Assembly: GCA_963725075.1 (NCBI GenBank)
Contig: CAVRXA010000003.1
Location: forward strand, 2,485-66,484
DNA length: 64,000 nt
Reading direction: 5' to 3'
From: an uncultured Acidobacteriota bacterium
GTDB lineage: Bacteria; Actinomycetota; Acidimicrobiia; Spongiisociales; ZC4RG35
Shown: piece after piece, positions 10,907 through 19,802 of the stretch
How positions within the stretch are numbered: position 1 is the stretch's first letter
Layout: each line of letters opens with the position of its first letter
Program-made: the position numbers and the translations under genes
The notes under the pieces: model-generated
What the model saw: only the letters and a program-made list of their open reading frames with translations
Told to the model about the DNA's origin: nothing
Databases searched by the model: none

Positions 10907-11850
10907 TTACGAGGCGTCGACCCCCTTTCTGCGTTTCACCTCTGCCACGACCGCCTCGAGGATGGGGTGGAGATCGCCGATCACGGCGTAGTCGGCCTTG
11001 GTCACCATGGGAGCTTCGGGGTCGTTGTTGATGGCCAGCACGTTCTTCGACGCCATCATCCCCACCCAGTGCTGGATCGCCCCCGAGATCCCGCACGCGA
11101 TGTAGAGGTTGGGTGCCACCCGGGTCCCGGTCTGCCCCACCTGGTCGGAGTGAGGCCGCCAGCCGTTGTTGGTGACTACCCGGGAGCAGCCGACCGCACC
11201 TCCGAGTAAGCCGGCCAACTCCTCCAGGACGGCAAAACCCTCAGGCGAGCCGACGCCGCGGCCCCCGCTCACCACGACAGGGGCGGTGGTGAGGGTGATC
11301 CCCTCCGAGATGGTGACACGTTCCACCACCCTGGTCCGCTCCAACTCCTCGGGCAGGTCCGGAGTGAATTTCTCGACCGGAACCTCTCCAATCCCTCGGC
11401 GCCGTCGAAGACGTGAAGTGCGATCGTCGCGAGTTTGATCGGGGCGGATAGACGGGCGTCTTCGAGAAGACTCCCACCCCAACGCGCCCGGGTCAGCTTC
11501 CAGTCATCCCCGTCTGGGCGGATCTCGGTCACGTTCGAGGCGAGAGGGAGGCCCAGCCGGGCGGCGACGTGTGCCATCACCTCGTTGCCCCGCTCGGTGC
11601 CGGCGGCCAACACGACCTCTGGGGACTCTGCCTCGACCACTTGGGCCACTGCCTCGCCGATGGCCTCCGGGGCATAGTCGGAGAACATGGGGTGATCGAT
11701 CTCGAGGCGACGGGAAACGCCGGCGATCTGGCACGGCCCGACACTGACCGAGCTGACCTCACCGAGGGTGGCGGCCACGGTGACGGCCTGGAGAGAGGTG
11801 TCGATGGTTGCACCCGCGATGTGCTCGACGAATACGAGAACCTGGCTCAC
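10907..11850 (-). CDS. etfA: Electron transfer flavoprotein alpha subunit (frameshift ~11385)
   Basis: VVSGGRGVGS, QVGQTG, LYIACGISGAIQHWVGM, AINND; N-terminus VSQVLVFVEH from GTG 11850. Confidence 0.9.
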
Positions 11851-12612
11851 AGGAGACCAAGCTCCTCGAGCAGATCGGCCACGGCAGCAGCGGCTTCGGG
11901 TCCCTCGCCCAAGACGGCGGTGGCGCTGGCCACCTCGGGCGGAGTGACGAGACGCAGCATCTCGAGCCCTCCCGGTGAATGCGCCGGCTCGGTATGTTCC
12001 GACTTCGACTTTCTTCGCCTTGAGACGGGAGGGGAGGGTCGGGTAGCGGGGAAGATTGATCCCTTCTTTGACCGCAACGACAGCGGGCAGGGGGAGGCGA
12101 TAGACCTCGAATCCGGCGTCGGTCTCGCGGCGGGCAACCAACGTGTCGCCTTCGATGTCGATGCCCTTGATCCCGGTGATCACTGGCCGGCCGAGGGCAT
12201 GGGCCACCCTGATCCCCACCTGGTACCCGCCGGCGTCGGCGGACTCGTTGCCGAAGAGGATGAGATCGAACCCGCCCCCTTCCGTCTCCAGCGCGCCGAT
12301 TCGATCGGCCAAAGCCGACGCTGTCGCCTGTGGGTCCCAATCGGAGCCGTCGGTCGTCAGGAGCGCTGCCTCGTCCGCCCCTACCGACACCGCGTAACGA
12401 AGCTGCTCCTCGGCCTCGGCCGGGCCAAGGGTCAGCACGGTCACGGTGCCGCCCTGTTGCTCCTTGATGCGGACCGCCTCTTCGACGGCGCACTCCTCGT
12501 GTGGGCTGATGGTGAAGGGGAGATGCCGGGCGTCGACCGCCTGCTGGTCCTCTGTCAGGACGATCCGGGCCCCGGGAGCCGGGACCCGCTTCACGCAAAC
12601 GAGGATCCTCAC
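11847..12612 (-). CDS. etfB: Electron transfer flavoprotein beta subunit (frameshift ~11990)
   Basis: MRILVCVKRVP, AVEEAVRIKE, LILFGNESAD, GINLPRYP. Confidence 0.92.
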
Positions 12613-15116
12613 ACTTTCATCCGCTCGTCGCCGGGGTCGAAGAGAGGGGTCGACCCGGCCACCGCCACCTTCACCGGGTAGAGCTCGTTCATGTACATCA
12701 CGGCGAGGTCGTTGCCCACTACGGCGTGTTCCGGCGGTAGATAGGCCATCAGGAGGTACTTGCCCACCGACGGTCCGGCCCCTGCGGTGGTGACATACGA
12801 GGGCCGCCCCTTGCGGTCGGTGATGCGGCCCCCATCGGGAGTGGTGATCGGCTCCCGCCCGGTGGGATAGCGCTTGATCCCGTCACGAGGAGAGACATGG
12901 TCCTCGACCGTAAGGGTGCAGAGGATCGCCGCCGGCTCCTCCTCGCGGGCGGCCAGATAGGCCTCCTTCCCGATGAAGTCGTGCTCCTTGACCCGTGGCC
13001 GGGCCAACCCCGCCTCGACGGGGTTGTACTCGCTCTCCAACTCGGAGCCCATCAGGCGATAACCCTTCTCCAGCCGGCCCGTGGTCCCGTAAACCCCGGC
13101 GCCCACGGCTACCACGCCGAGATCCTGGCCGGCCTCCCACAGCTGGTCCCACATCGGGCGACCAGCCTCGGTGGGCACGTAGACCTCCCATCCCAGGTCG
13201 CCGACATAGGAGATCCGGAAGAGCCGGGCGTTGATCGAGCCGAAGTCGACCGCCTGGGTCGTCCCGTAGGGGAAGGCCTCGTTGCTGACGTCGTGGTCGG
13301 TCATCGACGAGACGAGGTTGCGCGCTTCGGGTCCCCAGACCCCGATGGTGGTGTAGGCCGAGGTGGAATCGCTCATGTGAACGGACCCGTCTTCGGGGAG
13401 ATGGATCCGGAACCAGTGCTTGTCTCTCGGTCCGTCGAAGGCCCCGGTGATCACCCTGAAGTGCTCCTCGCCCAGCCTGAGCACGGTCAGGTCCGCCTTG
13501 AACCCTCCCGACCCGGTGAGCAGCGGGGTGTACACCGAGCGGCCAACGGCCACATCGGCGTTGTTGACCGTCATCCGCTGGATGTAGTCGACGACCCCGG
13601 GGCCGGTGAAGTCGAAGATGACGAACGGCGCCAGGTCGACGAGACCCACTTTCTCCCGCATGGCCAGGTGCTCGGCGTTTTGGATGGGTGACCACCAGCG
13701 TCGGTCCCATTCGTGGGGCCGGTCTTCGATCCCGTAGTGGTCGACGAGGGGGGCATTCGACTCGTACCAGTGCGGGCGCTCCCATCCTCCGGCCTCGAAA
13801 TAGACGGCGCCGAGCTCGGCGGTGCGGGGATGCACCGGAGAGAGCTTCTTGTCCCGTTCGGAAGCCCATTGCTCCCGGGGATGGACGATCCCGTACGTCT
13901 TGTTGAAATGCTCCGAGCACCGGGCCCGGATGTGATGCTCGGTGCGGGCGTAGGGGTAGAAGCGGGCGATGTCCGAGGCGTGGGGGTCGAGCTCGGGATA
14001 CCCGTTGGTCATCCACTCCGCCACCGCCCGCCCCGTCCCCGGGCCCTCCTTGATCCAGATGGCGGCCGCCGACCAGAGATTTCGCACCTCGACCGTCTCG
14101 CCGATGAGGGGCATGGCGTCGGGGGTGAGGGAGAGCAGTCCGTTGATGGCGTACTTGATCTCCGCCCCGGAGAGAATGTCTGGCATCAGCTCGAGCGCGT
14201 CCTCCAACTGGGCGTCGAAGTCGTCGTCGGTGAAGGGGAGCTCGGTCGGGGAGAGCCGTGCCTCGGCGATCGATGGGATCTCATCGGGGGAATGGAATAT
14301 CGGGCGATGGGCGTAGGAGCCGACTTCCATCGACCCCGAGGTCTGTCGCTCGTACATGAAGGTGTCCATGTCGCGGACGATGGGGAAGGCGAGCTCCTTC
14401 CCGGACTCCTGCAGGATCGGGATCGGCCCGACGTCGATCATCTGGTGCACCGCAGGGGTGAGTGGGATGCTGGCCCCGGCCATCCGGGCGATCCGGGGGC
14501 TCCACACCCCGCAGGCGATCACGACGTACTCGGCCTCGACTCGGCCCTTGTCGGTGACGACCGCCGTGACCCGCCCTCGATCGGTCTCGATGCCGAAGAT
14601 CTCGGTGTTGGCCATGGTCTGCAGCGCACCCAGGCCGGTCGCCCTCTCCCTGAAGATGGTCCCCGCCCGCAGCGAGTCCACCGCCGACACCGTGGGGAAG
14701 TAGCAGCCGCCGAGAAGGATCTCCTCGTTGATGAAGGGGACCAGCTCCTTGATCTCGGCCGGGGTCACCAGATGGGCCTCCATGTCCCAGTTCTTCGCCG
14801 AGCTCATCCGTCTGCGGAGCTCTTCCATCCGCTCCTCGGTCCGGGCCACTTCGATGCCGCCGCAGGTGACGTTGACCCCCATCTCCTCGTACTGACGCTG
14901 GCTGTCGAGGGTGAGCATCGCCATCTCTTTGTTGTGATCGACCGGGAAGATGAAGTTGGAGGCGTGGCCCGTCGAGCCGCCTGGATTGGGCAGCGGTCCC
15001 TTGTCGATTTGGACGATGTCACGCCAGCCGAGCTCGGCGAGATGGCCCACGACCGAGTTGCCGACGATCCCCGCTCCGATCACCACCACGCTCGCACTGG
15101 AAGGCACATCACTCAC
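12609..15116 (-). CDS. Dimethylglycine/sarcosine dehydrogenase-type flavoprotein (DAO + GcvT folate-binding domains)
   Basis: VVIGAGIVG, GGSTGHAS (flavinylation His), WERPHWY, RLEKGYR; 835 aa; translationally coupled to etfBA. Confidence 0.88.
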   Translation of the reverse strand: MSDVPSSASVVVIGAGIVGNSVVGHLAELGWRDIVQIDKGPLPNPGGSTGHASNFIFPVDHNKEMAMLTLDSQRQYEEMGVNVTCGGIEVARTEERMEELRRRMSSAKNWDMEAHLVTPAEIKELVPFINEEILLGGCYFPTVSAVDSLRAGTIFRERATGLGALQTMANTEIFGIETDRGRVTAVVTDKGRVEAEYVVIACGVWSPRIARMAGASIPLTPAVHQMIDVGPIPILQESGKELAFPIVRDMDTFMYERQTSGSMEVGSYAHRPIFHSPDEIPSIAEARLSPTELPFTDDDFDAQLEDALELMPDILSGAEIKYAINGLLSLTPDAMPLIGETVEVRNLWSAAAIWIKEGPGTGRAVAEWMTNGYPELDPHASDIARFYPYARTEHHIRARCSEHFNKTYGIVHPREQWASERDKKLSPVHPRTAELGAVYFEAGGWERPHWYESNAPLVDHYGIEDRPHEWDRRWWSPIQNAEHLAMREKVGLVDLAPFVIFDFTGPGVVDYIQRMTVNNADVAVGRSVYTPLLTGSGGFKADLTVLRLGEEHFRVITGAFDGPRDKHWFRIHLPEDGSVHMSDSTSAYTTIGVWGPEARNLVSSMTDHDVSNEAFPYGTTQAVDFGSINARLFRISYVGDLGWEVYVPTEAGRPMWDQLWEAGQDLGVVAVGAGVYGTTGRLEKGYRLMGSELESEYNPVEAGLARPRVKEHDFIGKEAYLAAREEEPAAILCTLTVEDHVSPRDGIKRYPTGREPITTPDGGRITDRKGRPSYVTTAGAGPSVGKYLLMAYLPPEHAVVGNDLAVMYMNELYPVKVAVAGSTPLFDPGDERMKV

Positions 15117-15185
15117 GTCTGAAAACCTCGTTCTCCGGTCAGGTCAATCATGGCCCACCATGGACCCTGGTGGGGCGGCAGACTA

Positions 15186-15224
15186 GTGTTCCAACATATA
15201 GCACAGCCCCGCATCGTGGAACAC
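15186..15224. promoter_or_regulatory. Putative IclR-family operator 1 in the divergent promoter region
   Basis: GTGTTCCA-N23-TGGAACAC; same arms and spacing as the site at 19765-19801. Confidence 0.65.
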
Positions 15225-15252
15225 CTCTGAAGACACGGTGTGACGACATGGA

Positions 15253-15960
15253 GTGGCGATGGCCGACGATGAACTCGATCTGAATTCACTTTCCGACCCG
15301 GATCTGGTGAACCAGATGCACGACGACCTCTACGACGGTCTTGCCGATGAGATCGTCGAGGGGACGGAGATCCTGCTCGGCCGGGGCTGGGATGCGCAGG
15401 CGGTGCTCAATGACGCCCTTGTCGAGGGGATGCGCATCGTGGGCATCGATTTCCGGGACGGCATCCTCTTCGTCCCCGAGGTGCTGCTCGCCGCAAACTC
15501 GATGAAGGCGGGCATGGAGATCCTCCGGCCACTTCTCGCCGAGACAGGCGCCCAAACCATCGGCAAGGTCGTGATCGGGACAGTGAAAGGCGACATCCAC
15601 GACATCGGGAAGAACCTGGTCGCGATGATGCTGGAAGGGGCCGGGTTCGAGGTGATCAACCTGGGGATCAACACCGATGCCGACGAGTTCATCGCCGCGC
15701 TCGACGAGCACAAGCCCGACATCCTCGGGATGTCCGCCTTGCTGACCACCACCATGCCGTACATGAAGGTGGTCATCGAAGCTCTGAAGGAGAAGAACAT
15801 CCGGGACGACTACATCGTCATGGTCGGTGGCGCCCCGCTCAACGAGGAGTTCGGCCAAGCGATCGGCGCCGATGCCTATTGCCGTGACGCTGCTGTTGCA
15901 ACGGAGACCGCCGAAGCGCTGGTGCTGGCTCGCCGGCTCACCGGAGGTGAAGACCAATGA
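15253..15960 (+). CDS. Corrinoid (B12-binding) protein, cap + B12 domain
   Basis: FVPEVLLAA cap; GTVKGDIHDIGKNLV (DxHxxG), SALLTTT, VGGAP. Confidence 0.93.
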   Translation: MAMADDELDLNSLSDPDLVNQMHDDLYDGLADEIVEGTEILLGRGWDAQAVLNDALVEGMRIVGIDFRDGILFVPEVLLAANSMKAGMEILRPLLAETGAQTIGKVVIGTVKGDIHDIGKNLVAMMLEGAGFEVINLGINTDADEFIAALDEHKPDILGMSALLTTTMPYMKVVIEALKEKNIRDDYIVMVGGAPLNEEFGQAIGADAYCRDAAVATETAEALVLARRLTGGEDQ

Positions 15961-16568
15961 GCGACGAGGGCGATCGCCTGCTTGTGATCGCCTGCGGAGC
16001 GCTGGCCCGCGAGATCCTCGATGTCGTGCGACTCAACACGCTGGACTGGGTCGATGTCGAGTGTCTCCCCGCCACGCTTCATAACACCCCCGACCTCATA
16101 CCTGCCGCGGTCGAGGCGCGCCTCGACGCCGCTGAGGGGCGGTACCGAAGCGTCTTCGTCGGATACGCCGACTGCGGGACCGGCGGCCTCCTCGACCGGG
16201 TGCTCGAAGCCCGGGGAGTGGGACGTCTCCCCGGGGCCCATTGCTACGAGTTCTACGCCACCGGCCCCGGCTTCTCCGACCTGCACGCCCGGGAGCCAGG
16301 CACCTTCTATCTGACCGATTTCCTGGCCCGCCATTTCGATCGTCTGGTGTGGGCCGGTCTCGGCCTCGATCGCTGGCCCGATCTCCGTGACGCCTACTTC
16401 GGCAACTACCGCCGTCTGGTCTATCTCTCCCAGGTCCCCAATTCCGACCTGGTTGAACGCGCCAGGGCGGCGGCCGCAAGACTGGGTCTCTCGTTCGAGC
16501 ACAGAGATGTCGGGTACGGCGACCTGGCCTCCACCCTCGTCGAGGTCACCCGACGGGTGCCGGCGTGA
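15957..16568 (+). CDS. DUF1638 family protein
   Basis: VIACGALARE, LHNTP, YADCGTGG, PGAHCY, GTFYLTDF; typical neighbour of corrinoid proteins. Confidence 0.85.
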   Translation: MSDEGDRLLVIACGALAREILDVVRLNTLDWVDVECLPATLHNTPDLIPAAVEARLDAAEGRYRSVFVGYADCGTGGLLDRVLEARGVGRLPGAHCYEFYATGPGFSDLHAREPGTFYLTDFLARHFDRLVWAGLGLDRWPDLRDAYFGNYRRLVYLSQVPNSDLVERARAAAARLGLSFEHRDVGYGDLASTLVEVTRRVPA

Positions 16569-16890
16569 GTCCCAAAGAGATCGACACCGCGACCGGGGAC
16601 CACAGCTGACCGTCATCCGCTGGCGGGAGATCCCCGCCCAGGTGCTCGCCCGCCGGGGCGACGAGACCGCCAAACGCGAGCTGTCGGCCAGGTTCCAGGT
16701 CGCCATCGACCGTGCCGCCATGTACGCAGGTCTGTTCGGGACCGACGAGTACCTGTCGGAATGGGCCAAGGACACGAGGCCGTGCGGGGACGACCTCGAG
16801 GCCGAAGTCGCCGACGAAGCGGCGCGTTTGGAGACCGAATACGACTCCGAGACTTTGAACGATCTCGCCGCCAACGGGGGGACGCGATGA
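16565..16890 (+). CDS. Small 'virulence factor' domain protein (PF13769-like); probable indel near the start
   Basis: VIRWREIPAQV...LSARFQVAIDRAAM...YLSEW; GTG at 16565 overlaps the upstream stop but is out of frame with the body. Confidence 0.7.
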
Positions 16891-17783
16891 CCGACACCGT
16901 CGTCTCCTCGGAGACCCGAGAAGTCGTGATTGGCTTCGAACGTCCCTTCGTCCTGATCGGGGAGAGAATCAATCCAACCGGACGTCGGCTCCTCGCCGAG
17001 GAGATGAAGAACGGCGACTTCTCGCGGGTGGAGACTGACGCCTTGAGTCAGGTTGGCGCCGGGGCGCAGATGCTCGATGTCAACGCCGGCATCCCCCTCG
17101 CCGACGAGCCCGCACTTCTGGCCAGGGCCGTCGAACTGGTCCAGTCGTTGACCGATGTCCCCTTGTCCATCGACTCGTCGATCGTCGCCGCCCTCGAATC
17201 CGGGCTCCTCGCCTATCGGGGGAAGGCCCTGGTCAACTCGGTCACAGGGGAGGAGGAGCGTCTCGAACAGGTGCTTCCTCTCATCGCAAAGCACGGGGCG
17301 GCCGTGGTGGCGATCTCCAACGACGAGACCGGGATCTCCGAGGATCCCGATGTCCGGTTCGAGGTGGCCAAGAAGATCGTCGGACGGGCCGCCGATCACG
17401 GCATTCCCCGGGAAGACATCGTGGTCGATCCATTGGTGATGCCGATCGGCGCGATTTCAACCGCCGGGAGACAGGTGTTCCACCTCATCCGGAGGCTGCG
17501 CGATGAGTTGGGGGTCAACACCACCTGTGGGGCGTCCAACATCAGCTTCGGGCTCCCCAACCGGGCCGGGATCAATGCCGCCTTCCTGGCCATGGCGATC
17601 GGTGCCGGCATGACATCGGCGATAACCAACCCGCTCGAGGCCGAGATTCGCCAATCGATCATGGCCGCCGATGTCTTGAACGGCCGTGACCCCAATTGCG
17701 CCACCTGGATCAAGACTTATCGGGAGCCACCCGCCGCCGGCGAGGAGGGCCGTCGCCGTGAGAACCGCCGCCGTCGCGGCTGA
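16887..17783 (+). CDS. Methyltetrahydrofolate:corrinoid methyltransferase (pterin-binding domain)
   Basis: LIGERINPTGR, LDVNAG, LSIDS, VNSVTGE, DPLV, GASNISFGLP. Confidence 0.92.
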   Translation: MTDTVVSSETREVVIGFERPFVLIGERINPTGRRLLAEEMKNGDFSRVETDALSQVGAGAQMLDVNAGIPLADEPALLARAVELVQSLTDVPLSIDSSIVAALESGLLAYRGKALVNSVTGEEERLEQVLPLIAKHGAAVVAISNDETGISEDPDVRFEVAKKIVGRAADHGIPREDIVVDPLVMPIGAISTAGRQVFHLIRRLRDELGVNTTCGASNISFGLPNRAGINAAFLAMAIGAGMTSAITNPLEAEIRQSIMAADVLNGRDPNCATWIKTYREPPAAGEEGRRRENRRRRG

Positions 17784-17789
17784 CCGGCC

Positions 17790-19742
17790 GTGACGCGTCA
17801 GGTGGTGTTCAGCCCTTCGGGGCGACGCGGGGCGTTTCCCGAGGGCACCACAGTCCTGGACGCCGCCCGGGCCCTGGGAGTCGACCTCGACTCGGTATGC
17901 GGCGGCAGGGGGATCTGCGGACGCTGCCAGGTGGTCATCGGGAGCCGACCAGGCGTCGAGGCCCGCCCTGACCGTCTATCCGAGCCCGGTCCCACCGAGA
18001 CCGACTATCAGGGCCGGCGACCGCTGGACGCCGGCCACCGTCTCGGTTGTGCTGCCCGGATCGTGGACGACGTCGTCATCGATGTCCCGGCGGACAGCCA
18101 GGTCCATCGCCAGGTCGTGCGCAAGCGGGCAGGTGTGGCCGCCCTGCCGGTCGATCCCGTCGTCCGGCTCCATTACGTCGAGGTTCCCGAGCCCGATCTG
18201 GCCAGCCCGACCGGAGACCTGGAGCGTCTCCTCGCCGCTCTCGAACAGGAGTGGGGTCTGAGCGGACTGGTGGTGGACCCGCCGGTCCTGCATGATCTCC
18301 AGCCGACCCTGCGTCGGGGCGACTGGGCGGTGACGGTGGCGGTGCGTCATGCCCGGGATCTGATCGGGATCTGGCCCGGCTTCCGTGATCTCGCCCTCGG
18401 GGTGGCCTTCGACGTCGGCTCGACCACCATTGCCGGCCATCTCTGCGATCTGCTGACCGGGGCGGTTCTCGCTACGAGTGGCGTGATGAATCCCCAGATC
18501 GGGTTTGGTGAGGATCTGATGAGCCGTGTCTCGTACGTGATGATGAACGATGACGGGGCCGCACGCCTCACCGATGTGGTGCGAGGCGCCCTCGACGACT
18601 TGCTCGGGGAATTGGTCACCGACGCCGGGGTGGAGCGGGACGACGTCCTCGAGCTCAGCCTGGTGGGCAACCCGATCATGCACCACCTGGTCCTCGGGCT
18701 CGACCCGCGGGAGTTGGGCACCGCTCCATTTGCTCTGGTAACCACCTCGGCCCTCGACACCCCCGCTTCCGACCTCGGGCTGCAGGCCCACCGTGGTGCC
18801 CGGGTGTATTCGCTTCCCTGCATCGCCGGTCATGTCGGCGCCGACGCGGCCGGGGCAGTGTTGTCCGAGGGCCCACACCGCGGTGATGCGCTTCAGTTGC
18901 TCGTCGACGTGGGGACGAACGCCGAGTTGGTGCTGGGGAACAAGGACCGCCTGCTGGCCGCGTCCAGCCCGACCGGGCCTGCGTTCGAAGGTGCGCAGAT
19001 CTCCTCAGGGCAGCGTGCGGCGCCGGGGGCGATCGAGCGGGTCAGAGTCGACCGCTCGACTCTCGACCCCCGTTTCTCTGTCATCGGCCAGGAGATGTGG
19101 TCGGACGAGCCCGGCTTCGACAGCGGTGCCGTCACCGGGATCTGCGGGTCGGGGATCATCGAGGCGATAGCCGAGCTGCATCTGGCCGGAGTGATCGACA
19201 CCGACGGGGTGATCCGCCCACCGGCCCATCCTTCGTCACGAGTGGTGGCGTCGGACCGAACCTTCTCCTACGTCTTATGTGCCGAGCCTCTGATAGAGGT
19301 GACACAGAACGACGTGAGGGCCGTCCAACTGGCCAAGGCGGCGCTTCACGCCGGGGCCCGACTCCTGATGGACCATTACGGCATCGACCAGGTCGACGAG
19401 ATCAGGCTGGCCGGTGCCTTCGGAAGCCACATCGATCCCCTGTACGCAATGGTGCTGGGGATGATCCCCGACTGCGACCTCGAGCGAGTCTCGGCGGCCG
19501 GGAACGCTGCCGGGGTCGGGGCGATGATGGCCCTTCTCTCGGGTGTGGCGCGTACCGAGATCGAGGAGGTGGCCCGGCAGATCGTGAAGGTGGAGACCGC
19601 GGTCGAGCCACGATTCCAGGAGCATTTCGTGGCTGCTCTCGCCATACCCCACAAGACCGACCCCTACCCGCTCCTCTCCAAGGTGGTGGACCTGCCACCT
19701 AGGCCCGAGCCAGGGGAGCGGCGGCGGAGACGCTCGGAATGA
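17790..19742 (+). CDS. ATP-dependent corrinoid reductive activator (RamA/RACo-like; 2Fe-2S + ASKHA)
   Basis: CGGRGICGRC..C ferredoxin; DVGSTT, GEDLMSR, VDVGTNAE, GPAFEG, GICGSG, AGAFG. Confidence 0.9.
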   Translation: MTRQVVFSPSGRRGAFPEGTTVLDAARALGVDLDSVCGGRGICGRCQVVIGSRPGVEARPDRLSEPGPTETDYQGRRPLDAGHRLGCAARIVDDVVIDVPADSQVHRQVVRKRAGVAALPVDPVVRLHYVEVPEPDLASPTGDLERLLAALEQEWGLSGLVVDPPVLHDLQPTLRRGDWAVTVAVRHARDLIGIWPGFRDLALGVAFDVGSTTIAGHLCDLLTGAVLATSGVMNPQIGFGEDLMSRVSYVMMNDDGAARLTDVVRGALDDLLGELVTDAGVERDDVLELSLVGNPIMHHLVLGLDPRELGTAPFALVTTSALDTPASDLGLQAHRGARVYSLPCIAGHVGADAAGAVLSEGPHRGDALQLLVDVGTNAELVLGNKDRLLAASSPTGPAFEGAQISSGQRAAPGAIERVRVDRSTLDPRFSVIGQEMWSDEPGFDSGAVTGICGSGIIEAIAELHLAGVIDTDGVIRPPAHPSSRVVASDRTFSYVLCAEPLIEVTQNDVRAVQLAKAALHAGARLLMDHYGIDQVDEIRLAGAFGSHIDPLYAMVLGMIPDCDLERVSAAGNAAGVGAMMALLSGVARTEIEEVARQIVKVETAVEPRFQEHFVAALAIPHKTDPYPLLSKVVDLPPRPEPGERRRRRSE

Positions 19743-19763
19743 GGCTCTGCCCCTTCCCGGCTC

Positions 19764-19802
19764 CTGTTCCATGATGTAGTCTGGTACCGCATCATGGAAC
19801 AG
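19764..19802. promoter_or_regulatory. Putative IclR-family operator 2 overlapping the mttB-like start
   Basis: 13-bp perfect inverted repeat CTGTTCCATGATG...CATCATGGAACAG enclosing a TAGTCT -10-like hexamer. Confidence 0.65.

Noticed and set aside
15117-15252. Expected cobalamin riboswitch before the B12 genes
   Set aside because: The region is short and shows no B12-box-like sequence; it holds the inverted-repeat operator instead.
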